From Eledone cirrhosa (Eukaryota): a stretch of 64,000 bases of DNA. The stretch is from NCBI GenBank assembly GCA_964016885.1, contig OZ024745.1, forward strand, positions 71,672,001 to 71,736,000, read 5' to 3'. The position numbers were made by a program, and so were the translations under genes. Shown one piece after another: positions 53,536-64,000 of the stretch. The notes under the pieces were generated by a model. The model ran no database searches. It worked only from the letters and a program-made list of their open reading frames with translations, and was not told the DNA's origin. Positions within the stretch are counted from its first letter, which is position 1. Each line of letters begins with the position of its first letter.

Positions 53536-53927
53536 TGTTTTTGGGGGTGGAAAGTAATTGAAATTGTTGTGATTATTATTCTGACTGCATTGTAAATATT
53601 GTGACTTAATAACTAAATGTTGTTATCTCCCTTCTCAATACTGTTCACAAATCTTCCTTCTCAGCTAAAAAAAAAAAATGTTACACATTCTGGGAAAGAA
53701 ATTATTACTTTTTGTTTATTTTATTTACAGAGAAAATTTTCCTGGCTTTTTAGATTTTAGTCCATCAAACATTTTAGATTTGGTTTTATTTATTTTAAAA
53801 TAATTTCCTCTCTCTCTTTCTACATACTCAACACACAATCACACACACACACAAATGTGTGTGTATATACATATGTATACATGCACACACACACCCATAT
53901 ATCTATGTGCACATGAGTATGTTTATA

Positions 53928-53970
<43 letters not shown>

Positions 53971-54904
53971 GTGTATGTATGTGTAAACTCTTTAAGATCC
54001 TGTAATGATTAAGTAGAAAATATCTGAAAATGCGTCTGTTAATTCAATTGTTTATTGTATCTTTACTAGTAGATAGATGATTGTGAAGATGTGCAATATT
54101 AGAGTAATGACTTACATTTTTTGAGATGCAGTCATAATGCTGTTTTGTACTTTTCAAGAATGTCTTACTAATGTGGTTTCCTATAGTACAATATGTTGTG
54201 TTAATAAATTAAAATTCTTTTAAATTTAGGCAGGTTTCATTCATTGTTTGATCAAAGGGAAATTTTACTTAGCTGATTGTTTTTCTCCTTCTTAAATGAT
54301 GGATTGGCAGAATTGTTAGAGCAATGGATAAAATGCCATTGGTGGTATTTGTTCTGGATCTTTACATTCTGTGTTTGAATCCTGCTGAGATCAACTTTGC
54401 CTTTTATCTACCCGGAGTCAATTAAAATACTGGGATAGATTTAATCAACTTTGACCTTCCTCAATATTTCTTTTTAAATGAAATTTCCCACTTATGAAGA
54501 AGATAAATGAAATATTTAGTTAGTAATAGTGCTTTATACCCCCCCCCCCCCCCGCCCACATGCACATACATAAGTGCATTTAAAGTCAATTTTATAGAAT
54601 TAACTAATTTGCCTTGATTAAATATGAGAAATTTATTGATGTTCATATAGTATATACCTGTTTGGACACATGTTAATGAATTCCAAGACGTACTTTCATT
54701 GATGATGATAATAATAATAATAACAACAAAATCAACTCTTCACTTACTCCTGGTGCACAGAGCTGTGCTCAGTAATGCAGTGACAGCACTTTGAAAATAA
54801 AAATAAGTATATTACTACTAAAAATAATAACAACAATAATTTGTGGTACATCTTTTGCACACATACATACACATTCCCTCATTGTATGCATGCACTGTCA
54901 TATG

Positions 54905-54947
<43 letters not shown>

Positions 54948-54987
54948 GGGTGTTAAAGTTTGCTTGAAGCATTGTGAAATGTGTAAA

Positions 54988-55315
54988 ATATGTAGTTTAG
55001 AAAGCCACAACAATGCAGATGGGAAATCTTGAGGTAGGAAGTGAGTGAGAAATAGGAGAAAGTGAAAATTGAGAGAAACGAAAATGAAAACAAAACAAAG
55101 GTAGAAGGGTTACCGTAGTGAAGATTTAATCCCAATATTTCAGGCTTACGCCCATCAACGGGGGAAAGTTCCAAAAGGGGGGGAACAGGCTAATCCTTCT
55201 ACCTTTGTTTTGTTTTCATTTTCGTTTCTCTCAGTTTTCACTTTCTCCTATTTCTCACTCACTTCCTACCTCGAGATTTCCCATCTGCATTGTTGTGGCT
55301 TTCTAAACTACATAT
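54988..55315. repeat. Near-perfect foldback: 121-bp arms with an 86-nt spacer
   Basis: 54988-55108 versus 55195-55315 differ at only two positions, both G-U compatible on the + strand. (TA)n lies nearby on both sides. Confidence 0.9.
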
Positions 55316-56220
55316 ATATATATAATAAAAAGGATGATTATGTTATGTCTTCATTACGTTTATTGAGTAGTGATGCACATCTCGCTATTCATCATCTCAT
55401 GGTTCGATCTGTATCAATCTAGTCCGACTCTGGAATCAAAAGCTCGAGTGCTCACTCTGGTGAACCTACAGTAACTGGATGTTATAATCTATATATATAT
55501 ATATATATGAGTGTGTGAGAGGACTGAATTATGTAGCTGAACATGTATGGTGTGTGCATATATATTCTATAAATGGACCAAGAAATATTACCACATCTGT
55601 TGATAACCTACTTTCCAAAACAAGATAAGTTATAGAGAGAAATGTTCAACTCAATTATTTATCATTTAATATGTTGTTTTTATTGTTTTTGATTAACCAA
55701 CAATAATCTGCTGATTAATCAAGTATTCCATATTTTATTGTGTGTATGTTTAAATATATGTATGTAGGTGTATATAATCTGTGCAGTGTAAAATTATCTA
55801 TATGTATATATATATGTAACAGGTGTAAAAATATCTATATGCATGTATGTATATATGTATTTATATATGGGTGTAAAAAGAGCTATAGGCATGTATATAT
55901 GATCTCTATACAGGTGTGTATAAATCTTTATGCATGTATGTATATATGTATCTGTATACAGGTATTAAAATATCTCTATATTTTTATACATATATACAAA
56001 TACCTACATGCGTGACTGAAAATATGTATATGCATATATGAATGGGTGTTTCAAGATATGTATGTACATAATTTTATGTGTGTGTGTGCATATATATGTA
56101 TGTATGTATCTATCTATCTATCTATCTCTCTCTATATATACACATGTATTGTAATATAAAATGTGTATATTTATACATAGATATTTTATATACACTGGAT
56201 ATATATATATATATATATAT

Positions 56221-56259
<39 letters not shown>

Positions 56260-56591
56260 AAGCAAAACTATGTAAATCTATGTTTGATGTATATTTTCTT
56301 TAAATGTAGCCAGGTTTGGGTTTATTAACTGAATAATAGCTGTACTAAATTATACTAAACAATTAAACTACAGTAGATCACTTTACCTCTATAAACCTCT
56401 TTGTTTTTAAGTTGGAAATTTTTATCTAATAGAAATATACTAACAAAGTGTTACTAGACAATATATTTGAGACAGAAAATTAATTACATGCCCCCTTCTG
56501 TCTTGAAATTGGTGCTTATAATGCTTAATATAATTTTACTATGAATATCTTCATTGTTATTTCATTCAGAATATATTAATATAATAATCTT

Positions 56592-56816
56592 TTAACCCTT
56601 TTGTTATCATATTTCTAAACACCATCCAAGTGTTTTAGTTAATTTATAAGATAACTAAGAATTTGGAAACATTTAGTAAAATGGCTAACTTTCTCATTTT
56701 TAAGCTGGTATTTGGTACATAATTTAAGAAAAGTTCTTACATAAAATTATGATAGAAGATTTTTTGATAAGCTTTGTATCATAAAACCAGGGGCAGTTTA
56801 GTATCAAAAGGGTTAA
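56592..56816. mobile_element. piggyBac-like MITE, intact ends
   Basis: TTAA|CCCTTTTG ... CAAAAGGG|TTAA. Confidence 0.8.
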
Positions 56817-57427
56817 CCATTTAAAGTTAGTAATAAATCATTAGGTCATTGTGAAGATGTCATATTATCTAGCTGCTGATGAGTTTCCTGATATTTTAGT
56901 GTCAGTATTGGAAGGTTACTGTTTTTAGCTTTGATTTTCCAAGCTTCAAGCTGGCTTTAACCTTATACTATATTTCTAATGAAAGACACTACCTAACTTT
57001 TTCTAAGAATTTTGAAAATGATCAAGAGAATGGAGAGATTTAGTAATATAACAAACTTTATCAAAAGTTATGATGGAAATCTTCTGATAAATATAAGTGT
57101 TTTGAAACAGAGACAGGTTCAGACAGATTAATATCAAAAGAGTTAATTTTTTTATTAACAAATTTATATATTTTAATTTGTTAGAAATAATTACACTGAA
57201 ATTGTTGGAAAGAATGCCCCAAAAAACTAACAGGATAATAATTTATTCCAATTTACATGACCTGATGTCAGATGATTTTTTTTTCATGAAAAATAGTAAA
57301 ATTATGTTCCCAGTTGATCCACAGTGAATTGCCTTTATTTTATATAAACCTTTGCATATCTTGAAGTGAATATCTCAAGCAATTGTCTTCTAGGTGGAGA
57401 CACAGCAAATAGTTTTGAGGGGTTACT

Positions 57428-57644
57428 TTAACTCTTAACATCCTGTAATAATTTTAAAGAAAATATTTAAAAATGGGTTTGTTAATTCAAATGTTTATAG
57501 CATCTTTACTAGTGGACAGATCATTTTAAAAATTTGTAGCATTAGAGTAAAAATTTCATTTTTAAATGTGATGCAGTCATAGTGCTGTTTTATATTTTTC
57601 AAGAATGTTTTCTTGCAGTACTGGTCCAGGACGTTAAGAGTTAT
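57428..57644. mobile_element. MITE with TTAA-type ends
   Basis: ttaactcttaacatcctg ... caggacgttaagagtta; internal part homologous to ~53985-54200. Confidence 0.6.
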
Positions 57645-60600
57645 AAAAATATATTGAGTATTTTAATATTGACTTTTTGTAATTTTTGATTGGGAGGGCA
57701 GGTTGGGTGTTGAAAGAATATACACATACACCATTCTTTAAAAGGTTTGATCATTTATTTCTTAAATCTAAATTTTACCAGGAAAATTGTTTGTTTCTTT
57801 TTTTTCCTTTCCTTTTTTTTTATAGCAAATTTTAATTGTGAATATATGCAACATACATGGTATATAATAAAGAATTATGATATAAATCCACCAGATTATT
57901 AGTCTTATTAGGTTGTCCTATCTGTGATCATATAGGTTAAACATAATTTATTATTGTTTAATTTCTATTTTCCATTATTCATTTTTATATTTATACTTTG
58001 TTATAAACAAACATTAAGCATTCTAATGACGACAACAAGTTTTGAGGGAGAGAAAAAAAAAATCCTATTTTCATTTGACCATATTTGTTTTAAAATCATA
58101 TTCTACTTGCTCAATATTTTAATTTTTCCCTCCCTACCAGTTCAAATTTTTTCTGAATGTAGAAGTTACTTCGTAGTTAGTAAAACCACTGGTTTATATA
58201 TATATATATATATATATGGTAAAATTCAATGGCTTGTAGGCATGCTCATTTTGAACAGATCAGTCTTGATCGAGATTAAGAACTGATGAGTTTGAAGTGA
58301 GCAAACATACAAGCCCAACTGAAGTACAGAGAACCCTGTTTTGATTTTACTGAATATCTATACCAACTCTGTACCTAAACATGCATCGAGTACTACCCTG
58401 ATTTGTGGTCTTTCCAGTCTTCATACAGCGAACACTTCACATACATGCATATATATATATATATATATATTTACACACACACACACACACACACAAACAA
58501 AAGTCTTGGTATAGTTATGTATATAACATATACTAGTATAGGTACTGAACCATTTATCTGATAAGCCTGAGACCAGAGCTGATCTGGATTTGCTGAGATT
58601 TCAGGATACAGGTTAAATATTTACTTCAAATATACAATAAACAATGAAGCACAAAGTAACTATTTAATACAAACAAATACATATGCTTCTAAAGCTGAAT
58701 TTGCTTGATCTTTATGTATCCATTAACAGTCTTAAAATGTATGTATAGAATACCTGTACCACATATAATACAGAGGATGAAATTTAAATGAAGAAAAGTA
58801 AAGAACATAATTATATTTAACCAATATAGGTACAAATTAAGATGTGATGTATTTATCCACTCTCTGAACACCAGTGCTGCTTATATTCATCTATTTGACA
58901 GCTAGGATTGTTTGTATGTTTCTGAATGAAACTATATATAAAACTTTAGCTTCTGACCAAAATAATAACAGCAGAAAAATATCTACAAGATCATAAATAG
59001 GCAGGTAGGAGATAGCTGTTTGCCAGTTCACTCAATTCAAAACTAGCCAGTTAAAAAAAAATATAGCTAGTTTTCTGGATGTTCCAGATTTCTGGATGCC
59101 AAATAAATGGTTCAGCACTTGTATCTGTTTGGGAAAATATTTTTAGTATTTCTGTCTAGTTTTCTATATTAAATGCAAGGCACTAACATAAGTTGTTGGT
59201 AACAACTTACAACAATAGAGGTGTAGTTTAAATATTTTCATCATTTTTATTACAATTATTAATTTCTAAATTGATATTTTTCCAATGATAAAAATATTTT
59301 CTGTCAATTTTCTTTTGATCTCTAGAAATGAATTCATTTTAAAATAAAAAATAAAAAATTTAATTAAAAAAAAGACATGTTCTTTTACACTGATTGTTTT
59401 GCAATACATTTTTCATTTAATGAAATCTTATTTCAGAATAATAAAAATATAGATTTTTAAAAAATAATGAATTGTTGATACAATAATTTAAAAGATTTTA
59501 TTGTCTTATACAGTAAATTAAAGAAGAAAGAAACAACAAAGATTCATTGAATTCATTTTTCTGTTTGTCTCTATTTTGTGTTTAAATACTTTATTTAGAA
59601 TAATAGAAAAACATGTTAATGAGTTTTTATTTCTTTCACAGAGCATATAGTTTTGATGTTAAAACGGTGAACCAATGATTGTTGGTTTCTATTAGATAGA
59701 ACTTTGTGTGCACACACATATATATATATGTGTGTGTGTGTGTGTATATATAAATGTTTCATATTTTGGTATTTTGGACTGTCACATTTAGTGCATAGTA
59801 GTGGTGTGAAATTGTAATATTGCCATATTTTATAGATAACAACATAGCCATTTTAAGGTCATTTTGGTTGCAAAAGGGGTTAGCCTTGTGAGCCCCCATA
59901 ACATTTTATATTGATCATGAAATTCTCTTCGAAGCAATGTTTTACAGTTGGATGCCTTTCCTGGTATCAACCTCCTTCAGTTGCCTCATACATGGATATG
60001 GTGTACATATTCTAAACTATATGCACTCAAAGAGGATCCTTAAATACGTTTTCCTTTTTTTTTTAATCAGATAATGTTTTACAATTGGCTGTTTTTAGTA
60101 GTAATCCATATAGTCACGACTTATGGCATGCAGGGTTATGGTGTATCTATTCTAAACTAGATTTATACAGCAATATGGCAACATAACAATCACATCTAAT
60201 ATAGATATATACATTTATATTTGGCTTCATACAAAATAATCAATCTATTGACCTCTTTCTAGTTCCACATTAGTATTACTTAATCAAGGATTACAATATT
60301 TTAAATTTTCTTTCATATATATAGATGCACCCAGTTATTTTACTGGCTTATTTCAAAGTTGAATTAAATTAAACCACTTATTTATTGTCTTGTTAAATAA
60401 CAACTTTCCGTGTAATAAAAGAAAATACATTCAAATAAAAATAAAACCGAAATTATTTATTATATATAATAAATTTCGGAATTAAGATAATTTTAATTAA
60501 CTCAGTTATCCCACATTTACTCACGTAAAACTTGAATTTTTAAAACTATTTTTTTTAGATTAAATGTATAGGATTGACTATAACAGATACCAAATGAATA

Positions 60601-61422
60601 AAAATACAAAAATTATGAATTGCAGTAATAATACAATTTGATATGTAATAATACACATCAAAACACATTTCCCACTACCAAAACATAAATAAGGTTTCAT
60701 AGCTCTTATAAACGTTTCCACTTGTATACATCAAAATAATAGTGTAGAAAATATCATTTTCTCATTGTAACATTTTATGTTCTGGAAAATACCTTCTCTG
60801 TTGTCTGTGTAGAACTAGGCTCAATGTTTACATGAGAAAACATAGAAAAATACAAATTTCTTGGTAAGATATAAGGAGGCAACTTTTAAATGTGATTGAC
60901 TTTTACATGAGTGTATATATATATATATATGAAATTAAAGTAGCATCAACTTATTTGTATGTTTCTCCACCAAAATGAAGTCATCAATGTGGATTGTGTA
61001 ATGATAATAATAAAGACTTGTTTGATGGTATAATTTTAATAAAAATAAAAAAAAAAAGAATGGGATTGCAAAAACATTGAATCTGTATGTATAAGAACAA
61101 TGCATATGAAATGATATATTTATCTGTTTAAGTCGGTAACAGAAATAAATTTATGTTTAGCATTTGATATTTATTATATACATTTCTACATGCACATATT
61201 TATAAAATATACATTTGGTGTTCATGTGAAAAGATTCTGCATTTGTCATATTTTTAACACTTGTTTTCTTGTAAGGAAGGAGACATGTGGTAGAATATTA
61301 GACAAATGAAAAATCATTTTGCATGATACAGCCTGTAATACAAACACCTGATAATGTGGATTTCATTTGAGTCATCTGCATACGATGTGTGTTTTTCATG
61401 CTGGCATTGGTTGGGTAGTTAC

Positions 61423-61453
<31 letters not shown>

Positions 61454-62197
61454 CATATATATTTCATGGTACTAATAGTTTCATAGGCTGACCTGTTGTT
61501 GGCACACAACTATAAATATTTAGTTATGTATGAAGCTGTGTGTCAGGCTGGTATTCTCCACAGCTATTGCAATCTTGATACACATTAACATTATTTAACC
61601 TTTACTGAGAATACCTTAGTTTTATAGTGCTATTAAAATTAACATTGAGCACCTCCATATTGGATGGTGGTGGGGGAAACAAGATATTCTTTGTAATGCT
61701 GTTAGATAATATTAATAAATATATATATATTTAAAGGAACACTATATATATTCTTCATGATGGTGTTAAATAATGTTTATATATATATATATTCTCCACT
61801 AATTTGCATTAGTTACTCATTTAAAACTAGTCTCCTTTACTCTTGTAATATGAAATATATACACACACATGAACTCTACATATATACACACACATGCACT
61901 CTACATATACATAGTGTAAATGTTGCATTTTTTGTATGGAGTTTGCAATTAAAGAATAGTATTTATTACTCTTGTAATAAGAAATATCAGGACCCCCCTC
62001 CCCCTTCACACATATTAATAAAGTATAATTGTCAGAAGATGTAATAAAACATTGTTGATCACTCGGATAAAAAATATGATATATTTGAATCTGATAAGTT
62101 CCATGGAGGATTTAATAACTAGAATCAATGTTTAATCACATTTGATCCAAGTGATAAACAGTGTTTTATTACTTGTAACAATTATGTTTATATATAT

Positions 62198-62429
62198 TAT
62201 TTAATTACATAAACAACACAATATAATAATTCCATTACCAAAGGTTTCAAGAAACTAGACGATCCTTACAGAAACGTCCAGTCCCTTTCATCAGATGAAA
62301 TAGTTATCTATAAATAGTTAACTATTTCATTTGATGTATGGGTTGGACATTTCTGTAAGGATTGTCTAATTTCTTGAAACCTTTGGTAATATAATAATTA
62401 TATTATGTTGTTTATTATGTAATTAAATA
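62198..62429. repeat. Foldback (arms ~105-110 bp) made of two inverted hammerhead-bearing units
   Basis: Left arm 62198-62306 versus right arm 62319-62429; the right-arm core is mutated (TTGATGT). Confidence 0.85.
62229..62301 (-). ncRNA. Type I hammerhead ribozyme motif
   Basis: Minus strand: ATTTCAT-CTGATGA-AAGGGACTGGACG..CGTCTAGTTTCTT-GAAA-CC-TTT-GG-TA-ATGGAAT; 7-bp stem I, 13-bp stem II, minimal stem III, GUA site. Confidence 0.8.
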
Positions 62430-62948
62430 GCTCTGTACTATACATAGAGCACTCTTCTTTCCTTTACCTTTTCTACAGAAATACTTATATATATATATAT
62501 ATAGATATATATATATATATACACACACACATACACAACATATACACCATGTAAATGTTGCATTATATATGGAGTTAAGAATTTTACTATTTCTATTCCA
62601 GTTTGATTTTTGTTAATCTTTACAGTAACCAACACAAACCTCATTATAATAACATTGTCATATCTTCCGTGCACATCGAGAAATCATTCATTGTTCTCTT
62701 TAAGTTGTTTCATATTAAACACACACCCTAACTTCACCACTTCCACATTGCAACAGCTTCATTTTTCACAAAGATATTTTTAATATTTTTTTTCCAAATA
62801 TTTTTTTCATATAATATTTTTAAAGTTATTTTGTTTACCAAAACTTCCCATTGGGATAACTTCATGTTTTGTCATGAAACTAAAAAGGGATATTTCAAAG
62901 TCATTTACATCCTTCACTGTTGTTGAAAACATACAGGATGTTTTTGTT

Positions 62949-62981
<33 letters not shown>

Positions 62982-63180
62982 CTTCATGGAAATGGTTTAT
63001 TTCTATTGGTTTGGGATTAAATCTTCAGATTAATTTATTTATTTATTATTACTATTAATAGTAAGAAAAATCTTAATTGTCTTGAGAGCAAAAAAAAACA
63101 AAAATTATCTAAAAGATATGCTTTTTAAAATTATATATCATGTTATTGTAAATACATTTATCATTAGTATGGATTTGGAA

Positions 63181-63214
<34 letters not shown>

Positions 63215-64000
63215 TTCAAGAAATGACAAGACAAACAAATGCAAAAACACAATCTTATCAGTATACGCATGCACACACACATATATAGGGATAACATATT
63301 ACTGGCAAGACCATTATTCAATTTAGTACTTAGTAGTGTCCATATATTATTCATTTCCTGTAAGTCCAACAGTTAAGCTTAAACTGTTTTAATGGTCGTC
63401 AGTCTACATATGAATAATATCTATCTATCTATATATATATATATAAACATACACAATAATTTTGTATGATTATATATATTATATATATAAGCATACACAA
63501 TTTTTGTATAAATATATATAAGCATACACAATTATATATATATATATATATATAAGCATACACAATAATTTTGTATGATTATATATATATAAACATACAT
63601 AATTATTGTGTGATTATTCAGCATTAAATGATATTACAGATTTATTTCTCTTTAAAAAAGAACTAACCTCATATATTATAATCTTTGTTTAAACATCATA
63701 ATCATTGTTTTCTGTTGAACACACATATGTTGTGTGTATGTATCTATCGTCAGGTTTAATGTGATCCATAATGGCTAATTGTTTTAATTACATGCAACAT
63801 AAACATCTACAAGGAAATAGTTTTTTTAACAAAGAAAAAAGCTTATTGTGTGCCTTGTTAATTTTTTTCATTTTTGTTTTATGAGGGAACATCTTCAAAT
63901 TACTTTCTAAAGTAATCTTGTTTCTCTCTCTCATATATATATATATATACACATACATATGTGTGTATATATACATGTGTGTATGTGTGTGCATATATAT

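Noticed and set aside
58284-58312. CTGATGA-GTTTG..CAAAC stem
   Set aside because: Not followed by GAAA.
9980-63994. Many 60-110 aa ORFs rich in CVCV, YIYI or HTHT
   Set aside because: Translations of dinucleotide microsatellites or AT-rich intron sequence.

Overview
AT-rich, microsatellite- and SINE-dense metazoan DNA; the repeat families suggest a mollusc, probably an octopod cephalopod (inference). The window holds the 3' half of a classical dynamin gene on the + strand: PH domain, GED and proline-rich domain, with the stop at 50694-50696. Exons were recovered by hand from GT-AG sites and phase continuity, because most are missing from the ORF track. Main observations: (1) one PH-domain exon exists as two divergent tandem copies (8828-8937 and 23024-23130) with identical phases that cannot be spliced together in frame, i.e. 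mutually exclusive exons that swap a membrane-facing loop, flanked by Nova-, RBFOX- and QKI-type motifs; (2) two frame-preserving micro-exon candidates (36 and 27 nt) lie in the GED-PRD linker; (3) several Penelope-like foldback or partial-tandem elements carry hammerhead ribozyme motifs, including a complete one in sense orientation in a dynamin intron (46166-46247) and one antisense (62229-62301); (4) two RTE-clade LINEs with a PHD finger inside ORF2 lie in inverted orientation either side of the first alternative exon. The rest is SINEs, piggyBac/hAT-type MITEs, LINE fragments and simple repeats. No searches, alignments or folding programs were run, and repeat boundaries are approximate.
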